Shown here: in pieces, positions 37,914-47,719 of the stretch | Numbering within the stretch: the stretch's first letter is position 1 | How the letters are laid out: each line of letters opens with the position of its first letter | Source of the DNA: an uncultured Fibrobacteraceae bacterium | GTDB lineage: Bacteria; Krumholzibacteriota; Krumholzibacteriia; LZORAL124-64-63 | Assembly: GCA_964545545.1 (NCBI GenBank) | Contig: CAZJGK010000001.1 | Location: 35,375-99,374 of the forward strand | Direction: 5' to 3' | Length of the DNA: 64,000 nt | Notes under the pieces: generated by a model | Seen by the model: the letters and a program-made list of their open reading frames with translations, nothing else | Database searches by the model: none | Told to the model about the DNA's origin: nothing | Translations under genes and position numbers: made by a program

Positions 37914-39001
37914 TCCTGCTGACCCAGGCCACGCCCGAGGCCTTGAAATGCTGTCAGGTGCAGGACGGCGAACTGCTGAAAACGCTGCACAAGGATGGCG
38001 GCGCCGGCTTGGGTCCGATCTTGTCGGAGCTGGTGGAGGGCCAGAGCATTGATGCTGTCGCGCATTTCGTAGGCCACGGCGGCGCGGAATTCGACCGGTC
38101 CGTTACCCGGCTTCTACCCGGCGATCTCTCGCCGCTGGAACGATGCATCCGGTACCAACCCGAGTGCAACGCCCGGACTTATGAGACGGCGCGCTATTTC
38201 GCCGCGCAGTTGCCGGGAAGCCCACAGTTCGTCTGCTGTGATACGGGTTGCTTCAGTTCGTTGCCGGGTGTGGCGAGCAACTACGGGATTCCCCGGGAAC
38301 TGCGCCAACGCGGTCTGCGACGATTCGGAGGCTATGGTCTCTGCCACGAGCGGGCCTGGGAGCGTACCGTATCCCTTCGCGGCGGCCGGGTTCGGCGGCT
38401 TGTCAGTGTCTACCTTGGCAACACCACCAACGTGGCCGCCATGCGGGACGGCCTCCCCGTGGAGACAACGATGGGCTTTACATCCGTTGAAGGGATTCCT
38501 TCCGACCACGCCTGCGGCGATATCGACCCCACCATCCTGGACCTGCTCTTCCCCAAGGGAATAAGCATCTCCGAAATCACCGGGATCCTTACGACCCGCA
38601 GTGGCCTTACCGGTTTGATGGGGAGGGACACCAGCTTCCGGGACTTGATGCGAGGTAGGGGCCAAGACAGCGACGGCGGTTATGCGGAAGTCTGGGACCT
38701 TCTGCTCTACCATGTTCAAAAGAATATCGGGGCGTTCGTCGCCTCCCTGGGCGGAGTGGACGCCATCGCGTTTTCGAGCGAATATATCCAGGAGTGCGCG
38801 CCGTTCATCGACGAACTTGCCGGGCGCCTGGCGTTTCTGGGTTTGAAGCATACCGATGTGCGGGGGGACGAGAGCGACATCCGCGACATTTCCGCAGCGG
38901 GTTCGCGTGTCGGTGTCGTCTGCCTGCATTACGACAAATGGAAGATCATGGCGGAATTGGTCATGGCTTCGATTAACCGGGAGGTGCAAGATGTCCAATG
39001 A
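37910..39001 (+). CDS. Degenerate acetate-kinase-family paralogue (probable pseudo-kinase)
   Basis: Its ATG overlaps the upstream TGA (ATGA). It aligns with AckA along its length (HFVGHGG, CDTGCF, GYGLCH, YLGNTTN, TTMGF, ACGDIDP, IAFSSEYIQE), but the N-terminal NxGSSS loop, R91, H180, R241 and the GGIGEN residues are all substituted. Confidence 0.7.
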   Translation: MILLTQATPEALKCCQVQDGELLKTLHKDGGAGLGPILSELVEGQSIDAVAHFVGHGGAEFDRSVTRLLPGDLSPLERCIRYQPECNARTYETARYFAAQLPGSPQFVCCDTGCFSSLPGVASNYGIPRELRQRGLRRFGGYGLCHERAWERTVSLRGGRVRRLVSVYLGNTTNVAAMRDGLPVETTMGFTSVEGIPSDHACGDIDPTILDLLFPKGISISEITGILTTRSGLTGLMGRDTSFRDLMRGRGQDSDGGYAEVWDLLLYHVQKNIGAFVASLGGVDAIAFSSEYIQECAPFIDELAGRLAFLGLKHTDVRGDESDIRDISAAGSRVGVVCLHYDKWKIMAELVMASINREVQDVQ

Positions 39002-39785
39002 CAAAAAGTTCTTGGTCGATGTCGGCCTGGGAGGCCTGGTTTTTCCGATCACGGTCCTCTCCAAGGGGAAGCCCGAGGGGCAGCAGACCGTGGCCACCAT
39101 TTCCATCAGTGCCCGGATCATGCATGAGTTCGAGGCCTTCTGGATCGACAGGTTCATCCAGATCCTGCACAAGCACCGCGACAACATCGGCCAGACATCG
39201 TTCAAAACAAACATCAAGGATTATGCGACCGCCCTGGGTGCCGAAGCGGTCAGCATCGAATTCAGCTACCCGTTTTTTATCGAGAAAACTACGCCCGTCT
39301 CCGGAGAGAAATGCTTGGTCAAGTACAACTGCGTTCTTTCCACCAAGCTTCCCACGCTTGAGAAGGTGCCGCCGGTCTTCCTACGCATTGATGTTCCGGT
39401 GCTGACGACCTACCCCCAGAGTCAATCCGGCCTGCCGTACGGTCTGTTCGCCCAGCAGAGCGTTGTGGCGCTGGAGACCCACTCCTTTACCGATCTCTTC
39501 GTGGAAGATCTGGTCGAGATCGTTGAGTCACATGCGCTTTCCCCTGTCTATTCGTTCCTTACCGATGAGGACCAGGCGTTCCTCATCAAGAAGCTGCACA
39601 CGGAATCCCAGACAAGCGTTATGATGCTCGATGGCGTCCGGCAGAAAATGGCGAGCAACAAGGACATTGACTGGTTCTCCGTGCGTTGCGCCAATTTCGG
39701 CATGTTGCATTCCTACAACACCACCATCGGAGCCGAGAAGAGCCTCTGGATACCATACAGCGGCGGAAGTGATGACGGCATCTAG
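38991..39785 (+). CDS. FolE2/MptA-family (GCHY-1, DUF198) T-fold protein lacking the conserved CPC(S)KE metal-site cysteines
   Basis: GGGAGG RBS. It overlaps the ack2 end by 11 nt. FPITV...TVA...SIEFSYPFFIEKTTPVSG resembles the FolE2 signature (SFPWFFERK.P). Where FolE2 has LCPCSKE, this protein has TTYPQSQS. Confidence 0.6.
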   Translation: MSNDKKFLVDVGLGGLVFPITVLSKGKPEGQQTVATISISARIMHEFEAFWIDRFIQILHKHRDNIGQTSFKTNIKDYATALGAEAVSIEFSYPFFIEKTTPVSGEKCLVKYNCVLSTKLPTLEKVPPVFLRIDVPVLTTYPQSQSGLPYGLFAQQSVVALETHSFTDLFVEDLVEIVESHALSPVYSFLTDEDQAFLIKKLHTESQTSVMMLDGVRQKMASNKDIDWFSVRCANFGMLHSYNTTIGAEKSLWIPYSGGSDDGI

Positions 39786-39840
39786 CCCGGTGGCATGATC
39801 CTGGGCGTTCAGCGTGTGGACCGCGGGAACTTAGGCGGAA

Positions 39841-41265
39841 CTATCGGGACCACTCGGCCGTGATCACCTTGATCATGTTGGTCGGCATCTTCTGGGCGAA
39901 CGGCACCCCTGCGGTCAGCACCACCGGATCCCCGGGGCTGACAAAGCCACCCTGCAAGGCCCTGTCCAGGGCGACCTGCTCAAGTTTTTCGACGGTTTGG
40001 GCCAGATCGATTTCCACCGGCACCGCGCCGAAGGTCAGGGCCATGCGCAGGGCCGTTTCACGTTCAGGCGTCAGGGACAACACAACCTGCCGCGGACGAT
40101 AACGGGCCACCCGCAGGGTGGTGTTGCCGCTGCGGGTGCAGGTCAAGATGGCGGCGGCTCCGATATCCTCGGCCATCTTCACGGCCGCATGAGCCACGGC
40201 GTCGCCGAAACTGAGTTTCTGGGACCCCGCGAACTTCTCGGTCCAACCTTCGTAATCCAGCTGCCGCTCCGTATCGGCGGCGACCCTGGACATCACCTGC
40301 ACCGCCTCGACCGGATAGGCGCCTATGGCCGTTTCCTCGCTCAACATGATGGCGTCGGTGCCGTCGTAGATGGCGTTGGCGACATCGGTTACCTCGGCGC
40401 GCGTCGGCCGCGGGCTCTCCACCATGGACTTGAGCATCTGGGTGGCCGTGATCACCGGTTTGGCCGCGGCGTTGGACCGGGCGATGATCATCTTCTGGGC
40501 GCGAGGCACCTGCTCCAGGGGAATCTCCACCCCCAGATCGCCCCTGGCCACCATGATTCCGTCGGCCACGACGATGATCTCCTCGATGTTCTCCAGGGCC
40601 TCGAACTTCTCGATCTTGGCGATGAGCGGTGTGTCCTTGCCCGCGGCCTGGATGACGTGTTTGGTCGTTTCGATATCGTGGGCCGTGCGCACGAAGGACA
40701 AGGCCACGAAATCCACGCCCTGCTGCAGGCCGAACTCCAGGTCGGCACGATCCTTGGCCGAGAGAATCGGCGCGTTGAGCGTACGGCCGGGCAGGTTGAT
40801 GCCCTTGTGGGAGCCGAGCATCCCGCCGGTGACCACGCGGCAGTTGATGTCCGTTGTGCTGGCCGACTCGACCTGCAGTTCCATGGCTCCGTCCGCCAGC
40901 AGGATGGCGTCTCCGGCACGCACGCTGCGCGGCAGGTCGTGATAGGTGAGGCCGACTTCCTCCCCGCTGCCGGGAACTTCCCGATTGGTCAGCACGAACC
41001 GGGCCCCCTCCTTGAGCTCGATCTCGCCGGGGGCCATAGCCCCGGTGCGGATCTTGGGACCGGCCAGATCCTGCAGGATGGCCACGGGCGCCCCCATTTT
41101 CCGGGACACTTCCCTGATGTCCTTGATGAGCTCAGCGTGCTCGGCGTGGGTGCCGTGGGAAAAATTCAGGCGGCATACATTCATGCCCGCCTCGATCAGT
41201 CGGGCCAGTATTTCCGGATCCCGGCTGGCCGGTCCGATGGTGCAGATGATCTTGGTCTTGATCAT
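39841..41265 (-). CDS. pyk: Pyruvate kinase
   Basis: MIKTKIICTIGPAS...NFSHG...; MVARGDLGVEIP; 474 aa. Confidence 0.9.
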   Translation of the reverse strand: MIKTKIICTIGPASRDPEILARLIEAGMNVCRLNFSHGTHAEHAELIKDIREVSRKMGAPVAILQDLAGPKIRTGAMAPGEIELKEGARFVLTNREVPGSGEEVGLTYHDLPRSVRAGDAILLADGAMELQVESASTTDINCRVVTGGMLGSHKGINLPGRTLNAPILSAKDRADLEFGLQQGVDFVALSFVRTAHDIETTKHVIQAAGKDTPLIAKIEKFEALENIEEIIVVADGIMVARGDLGVEIPLEQVPRAQKMIIARSNAAAKPVITATQMLKSMVESPRPTRAEVTDVANAIYDGTDAIMLSEETAIGAYPVEAVQVMSRVAADTERQLDYEGWTEKFAGSQKLSFGDAVAHAAVKMAEDIGAAAILTCTRSGNTTLRVARYRPRQVVLSLTPERETALRMALTFGAVPVEIDLAQTVEKLEQVALDRALQGGFVSPGDPVVLTAGVPFAQKMPTNMIKVITAEWSR

Positions 41266-41356
41266 GGCGTGTCTTCTTCCGGTCGGTTCGTGCTTTCCTG
41301 CCTCCGGTGGACTGTATCACGAACCCGGACAACTTACCCCAAACTGATTGTGCAGG

Positions 41357-43422
41357 CTAATAGGCGAGAAAATACAAATCGGCCCAGATCCTCTCACCTG
41401 CCAAAATCGCGTATCCTTCGGGGTAGTAATCCAGTTCGCGTTCACTGCCGTCGGTGGGCATATTCCAGACCACCCTGAACTCGGGGCCATCGGCCTTCCC
41501 GTTGGAGATCATGACGCCCATGGTTTTACCCACGGAGTCGGGAACCTCCGGGAACCTGAACTCCACCAACTCGAGTTCGCTTTTCAACTCCACCGGATAG
41601 ATTTTTTCCAGACGAACCACGGCCTTGCCCGAGGGCAGCATTTCCATAACGGTCAACCTTACCGATACCGTGCTCGGATAGGGTCCCGGACTGGAAAGCT
41701 TGAAAACCATTCCGTGTAAGCCGAACTCCCGGACGCGCAGCGTTTGAACCACACTCATGGCACCGACAATCGGGGGCGTATAGGATTCGGACAATTGCTG
41801 GCTGGCCGTCGGCAGCTGTTCCTTCAGGGGCAAGGCGGCGATCTCCTCGGCATCGCCATCATGCCGTGCCAGGATCTGATAGCTTTCCCGGCCCGACATG
41901 GCGGTACCGGCAACCGTGTAGTGGGTCCGCACAAAAGGATAGATGGAGGGGGCCAACCCGCGAAAAGACCTGATGCCGGGAATCACGCCCGAAGATCTCC
42001 CCTGGATGATGCACTGTGGTTTCGTGCGCTGCAGATCAGCAATCACCCGTTCAGGGTTCCGCACCTCACCGGCCAGCAGGGTTGTTTGGAAGGTGGCGAG
42101 GGCCGACCCGTTCAGAAAGGTCAAGCCCGGCTGGATCGGCCAGGTCAGCAGGGGTATGTGGGGGTCGCTGGGAACGCTGTGCAGGATCTTTTCCAGACCG
42201 GGAATGCGTTTGGCGCCCATATAGATCCTGGCCGTCGGCAACTCCCATCTCTTCAGGGAGGATCGCCCGAGATGTGCCGCCAGCCAGACGTTTCCCATGA
42301 ACAGGGGCGCGGCGACCACAACCAGGAAAACGCAGGCGAAAATCCCCGTCGATTTACGCCAGGCCGCCAAATCGGATATCAGCAACGGCGCCAGCACCAG
42401 GGAGCCGTACCAGGCCAGGGCCAGATGGCTGGGATCGCCACGGCCCAGCAAGGTGGCCCAACCGGCCAGAGCCAGACCGACCACGGGCGCCCAGGTCGGG
42501 CGATGGAAAAACAGGGCCTTCAGGATTCCGGCCGCGGGCAACAGCCAGATCAAAATGTAGAGGGCACGCAGGGAGATGATGCGCATGACGGCCTGGCCGG
42601 TCCAGGCTGCATGCAAAACCTCACCGGTGAACAAGGTGGGGAAAAGTATACCCAGCTTGTCGCTATCACCAAAATCATGCAACCAGGACGATCCCATGGC
42701 ACCCCTGAAACGGGTAACCGGGTAAATGACCGTATCCCAGAACATGTCCCCCATGTTGCCTTGGGCCCAGACAACGGCAAGAATCACCGTCAGCACCGCG
42801 CCCGCGCCGATCAGAATCCCCGACCAGGGAGCCAAAGACCGGATGCCTGTGGTCCGGTAATCCTTGGCCATGACCAGAAATCCCAGACCCAGGATGACCG
42901 CACCGTAACCCGCCATGTCCAGGCCGAACAAGGCCAGCCCACCCCAACCCAGGCCCAGCAGGATCCCCCTGCGGAAGTCCATACCCCGGGCCATGAATTT
43001 CGCAACCAGGAACGCCAGGGTTGCCGCCGCGACATAACGGGGTTGAATAGGCCCCAGAGCGATCACACCCAGGGGGATCAGCCACACCCAACGTCCGGCA
43101 CCCATACTGCGGGTGCCCCACACGCCCACCGCCGCCGCCAGGCCATCGCTGAACGCCTTGGCCAGCGCCAAACCGAGAACACTCTTGCCGGCCAGCAGGA
43201 AAAACGGCAGCACGAAATAATACCGCGCCGGTCCGTAGATGGTGAACAGGTCGCGGTACAGCACTCCGCCATCGGCGATGACGCGTGTTCCCAGCACCCA
43301 GAGCCCATCATCCAGGAGGTTGAATCCCTGGCAATGAACTCGCAGGCCAAGCAGGAATACCAGCAGGAAAGCCACGCCGGGAGCCGTCCAATAGGCGGAG
43401 AACTTGATGCGGGACATGGCCA

Positions 43423-43423
<1 letters not shown>
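41357..43423 (-). CDS. Large polytopic membrane protein (about 13 TM helices) with a C-terminal soluble domain. Candidate GT-C-fold glycosyltransferase (ArnT/PMT-like).
   Basis: Its start overlaps the SDR stop (TGATG). Multiple hydrophobic helices through residue 400. About 290-aa C-terminal extracytoplasmic domain. No firm family motif identified. Confidence 0.5.
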
Positions 43424-44256
<833 letters not shown>

Positions 44257-44275
44257 GGAATCACTCCCGGAATTC

Positions 44276-45355
44276 TCAGATCCTGTTATAAACCGTGTCC
44301 CGCAACACGGGCCGCAGGCCCACGCCCGTGATGAAGGTCTTGATGTCCTTTTCGGTCATGCCCTTGCCGGCGGTGCCGCCGGCGGCCAGGGTCACGCGCT
44401 CGTCCACCACGGTCCCGTCGAGGTCGTCGGCCCCGTAGCGCAGGGCCAGCTGGGCGATTTCCCGGCCCAGCATCACCCAGTATGCCTTGAGGTGGGGAAT
44501 GTTGTCCAGCATCAGGCGCGACAGGGCGATCACCTTCAACTTGGTCACCAGATCCGGGCCCGGCAAGTGCGCGAACTTGGTGCCCTGGGGATGGAACGCC
44601 AGGGGAATGAAGCACTGGAAGCCGCCGCTCTTGTCCTGCTGTTCACGCAGCTTGAGCAGGTGATCGACCCAGTGCTCGGGTTTTTCGATATGGCCGAAAA
44701 GCATGGTGCAGTTGGATTTCAGCCCCGCCTCATGGACCATGCCCGAGACTTCGAGCCACCGCTCGCCGCTCATCTTCTTCGAGGCGATCTGATGGCGGAT
44801 TTCAGGGTGAAAGATCTCGGCCCCGCCGCCCGGACAGCTGTCCAGGCCGGCCTCACGCAAGATGGCGATGGTCTCGGGCACCGTTTTGTGGGCCAACTTG
44901 GCCAGAAAATCGATCTCCACCATGGTGAAGGCCTTCAGGTGCACCTGCGGATAGGCTTCCTTGAGGGCCTGGAGGATCTCCACGTAAACGGAGAAATTCC
45001 AGCGGGGATGCAATCCCCCCACGATGTGGAACTCGGTCACCTCCGGGGAGTAGTCCCGCCGGGCAATCTCCACACATTCGGCGGGCGAGTAGCTCCAGGT
45101 GCCTTCGGCGTTGGGGTCGTCGGCATAGGCGCACAGTTCGCAGCCGACATAGCACACGTTGGTGGGATTGAGGTGCCTGTTGATGTTGTAGTAGACGGCG
45201 TCCCCGTGCAGACGGGCGCGCGCGTGATGCGCCAACAGGCCCAGCGCAGGCAGGTCGTGGCTATGGGCCAGGCGCAGGCCGTCTTCGGGGCTCAGGCGCT
45301 CACGGGCTTCAACCTTGGCTGCGATATCGGCAAGGGGATGGGTAACGGGCAACAT
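44276..45355 (-). CDS. Radical SAM enzyme of the futalosine-pathway MqnC/MqnE family (menaquinone biosynthesis)
   Basis: CxxxCxxC cluster motif (CYVGCELCAY). About 360 aa. Conserved FHIVGGLHP and C-terminal GADDLDGTVVDERV. GAGGAG RBS. Confidence 0.75.
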   Translation of the reverse strand: MLPVTHPLADIAAKVEARERLSPEDGLRLAHSHDLPALGLLAHHARARLHGDAVYYNINRHLNPTNVCYVGCELCAYADDPNAEGTWSYSPAECVEIARRDYSPEVTEFHIVGGLHPRWNFSVYVEILQALKEAYPQVHLKAFTMVEIDFLAKLAHKTVPETIAILREAGLDSCPGGGAEIFHPEIRHQIASKKMSGERWLEVSGMVHEAGLKSNCTMLFGHIEKPEHWVDHLLKLREQQDKSGGFQCFIPLAFHPQGTKFAHLPGPDLVTKLKVIALSRLMLDNIPHLKAYWVMLGREIAQLALRYGADDLDGTVVDERVTLAAGGTAGKGMTEKDIKTFITGVGLRPVLRDTVYNRI

Positions 45356-45562
45356 GATGGCGCAAACTCCTCGGGTTGCACCCTGGCCGCAGCACGCAGG
45401 CCGGGTTGTCCGTCAAATCTAACGGCACTTGCCCCGATCAACCAGCCGTTTGATGAAGGTTGTGTCCCTGATGGGGCCGAGGTCGTAACGTCAAGCAAGC
45501 CCGGGACAGGAAGTCCCAGGCTTGCGTCCCCGGTATCAGGGGGGATTTTTGTCGGTGCGGGG

Positions 45563-45940
45563 TCAGTCGTCGGCCTTGGCCGCCATCTTCATCCTCGGCA
45601 ACAAACTCAGGTCGAAAATCTTGGTCTTGTTGGTCCGCACCAGGCGGATTTCCTCGATCACCCGTCGGATCCCGGCCAAGGCCGAAGTAACCTCGAAATT
45701 GCCGTACCTGAAGCCGAAATTGCGCAGGGTGCGCATGGCCGAAACAAGCTTCTGTTCCGCATGGGCGTACTTCTGGTCCGACAGGTACATGAACCCCTCA
45801 CAGGCCTCGTTCAGACCCATCCAGAAAGCCTCGTCGGATCCTGAGGCGCCGGCCAAGCCCTCCGCCGCCTGATGTGCGGCGTCGGTGAATTTCCTGCCGT
45901 TGAAGGCGGTGATGGTCCGGTTGAGAGCTTCATCGTTCAT
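45563..45940 (-). CDS. Hypothetical protein (about 125 aa), co-directional with def
   Basis: Internal ATG at 45940 with GGAGG 6 nt upstream. Product MNDEALNRTITAFNGRKFTDAAHQ... I reject the track's N-terminal extension. Confidence 0.5.
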   Translation of the reverse strand: MNDEALNRTITAFNGRKFTDAAHQAAEGLAGASGSDEAFWMGLNEACEGFMYLSDQKYAHAEQKLVSAMRTLRNFGFRYGNFEVTSALAGIRRVIEEIRLVRTNKTKIFDLSLLPRMKMAAKADD

Positions 45941-45992
45941 GAGCGACCTCCGTGAAAAACCGGTGACTGCCGGGGCTGCCCTGCAGCCCCCC

Positions 45993-46544
45993 TCAAAGCT
46001 CGGCGTCGTCCTCGTCCTGGTCCTCATTCTCAAGGAAGCGCTCGGCTTCGGCTTCGAAAGCGAACCGTGTAATATCGGTGATGCGATCGACATAGAGCAC
46101 GCCGTCCAGGTGATCGCATTCGTGCTGGGTCACGATCGCCGGGAATCCCTCCAGGGCGAACTCCTCCAGCTTACCTTTTTCGTTGTAGGCCTTGACCCTG
46201 ATTTTGGCCGGGCGCTCCACCCAACCCCTCAGACCGGGAACCGAAAGACAACCTTCGAACATGCCCAGCTGGTCGTCTTCATCCAGGACGGTGATCTCCG
46301 GGTTGATCAAAACCCGGTATTGTTGATCGCCGTTCTCGTCGGCCTCACCGCCGGCGATGGCCAGGCGAACCGGATTGTGGACCTGGGGTGCGGCCAGACC
46401 TACCCCGTTGTACTCCGCCATGGTTTCGAACATGTCCCGGATCAGATTCTGGATTTTGGGACCAGAAATCTGGCCCGGAGCGATGGGGGAGCATTTCCGG
46501 CGCAAAACCGGGTGCCCCATGCGCGCCACCTTGAGGATCGCCAT
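45993..46544 (-). CDS. def: Peptide deformylase
   Basis: Motifs GVGLAAPQ, EGCLS and HECDHL. Start MAILKVARMGHPVLRRK. Confidence 0.9.
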   Translation of the reverse strand: MAILKVARMGHPVLRRKCSPIAPGQISGPKIQNLIRDMFETMAEYNGVGLAAPQVHNPVRLAIAGGEADENGDQQYRVLINPEITVLDEDDQLGMFEGCLSVPGLRGWVERPAKIRVKAYNEKGKLEEFALEGFPAIVTQHECDHLDGVLYVDRITDITRFAFEAEAERFLENEDQDEDDAEL

Positions 46545-46812
46545 GGCAAATCCCTTTCCTTGTCATCAGGGGTCTGGGTCCGCACCGGCGGACAGGAACT
46601 TCACCACCCAATGATAACTTCTGGGAACGCTCATGCAATATCGGGACCGCCGGGAAAACAAGTAAAACCGGGCCACGAGGCCTGCTTATCCGGGAAACCG
46701 GAAGCCGTTGCCCCTGCGGCGGCAGCTTTTTCCATCGGCATGGTCAAAAGAGGCCCAACGACCAAGGGGCCCGGACGACGCCGGGCCCCTGGTCACGAAT
46801 CGCACCCAAAAC

Positions 46813-47613
46813 CTATCTGAAGAGGGACTTCACACTTCCCCAACTAGTTTCCTCGGACGCAACCACCGTACCGAGATCCTGGAAGGTGATGTTGCCCCAG
46901 ACCACGTTGAAATTGGCACCGACGCCGGCTCCGGACATGTTGTTGAACTGCATGTGACCGCCGACGTAGGCGGGAGTCAGCATGCCGAACGACCCGTGGC
47001 CTTCGGCAGGGTTGCCCTCGTCGAAGGGAATCGGACCGCTGGTGTACAGGGTGCCGTCATCGTAGGTGTACTCGATGGTGGCGGGTTCGGCCAAGGTCAT
47101 CTCGACGTTGGGGGTGTAGATGATCCCCAACCGGACCGTGGTCCCCTTGACGTAGGAAACACCCTGGCTTCCGGTAAACGAGTAGAACGGCAGCCGTCCG
47201 CCGAAGCAGGCCACTTCACCGTCGGGGGTCCGCACATTGAATCGACCATCGACGTTCGGCGACCACCAGGGTGAGATCTGCAGACCGCCTTCACCGTCGC
47301 CTGTGCCCGAGATGGTCACATCGGCGGAGAAGGATAACCCATCGGTGTTCTGGAACTGCTGAGCGGTCGAATTATCGGTGGAGAACCGCCAGACATGCAG
47401 GTTGGCCCAACCCAGGGGGCCTGCAGCCTCGTCGTTGATGTCGATGAGGGCGGGATAGTTGTTGTTGACCGTGAGGATCGAAGCGAACGAATCGTCGAAA
47501 ACCCGCTCGATGACCACCGCGCTGGTCGGCGTATCGGTGGCCTGGGTGATTCCGGCCGTTAATGCCAGCACGGCAACGGCGACCAGAACGCTGATCTTGA
47601 TGAGCTTGAACAT
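46813..47613 (-). CDS. Secreted hypothetical protein
   Basis: AAGGAGAAA RBS. Signal peptide MFKLIKISVLVAVAVLALTAGITQA. Thr/Gly-rich beta-type composition. Last gene of the minus-strand T9SS/TBDR cluster. Confidence 0.65.
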   Translation of the reverse strand: MFKLIKISVLVAVAVLALTAGITQATDTPTSAVVIERVFDDSFASILTVNNNYPALIDINDEAAGPLGWANLHVWRFSTDNSTAQQFQNTDGLSFSADVTISGTGDGEGGLQISPWWSPNVDGRFNVRTPDGEVACFGGRLPFYSFTGSQGVSYVKGTTVRLGIIYTPNVEMTLAEPATIEYTYDDGTLYTSGPIPFDEGNPAEGHGSFGMLTPAYVGGHMQFNNMSGAGVGANFNVVWGNITFQDLGTVVASEETSWGSVKSLFR

Positions 47614-47719
47614 AATGTTTCTCCTTCAGTTGTTGTGGCTTCTAACTCGAATTCAAGTCGTGTGCTATGGCCATCGTCGTTTCACCACCTCCTTTTTCCC
47701 CGCATCCTTCGCGTCGGTT

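Noticed and set aside
38114-39217. 367-aa ORF antisense to ack2 and the FolE2-like gene
   Set aside because: Antisense. No motifs.
39997-41478. 493-aa ORF antisense to pyk
   Set aside because: The pyk frame is unambiguous.
45356-45562. GC-rich small hairpins (CCCC/GGGG and GGGAC/GTCCC) upstream of the mqn gene, considered as a terminator of the def-hypothetical operon
   Set aside because: No T-tract follows them and the stems are short. Insufficient for a terminator call.
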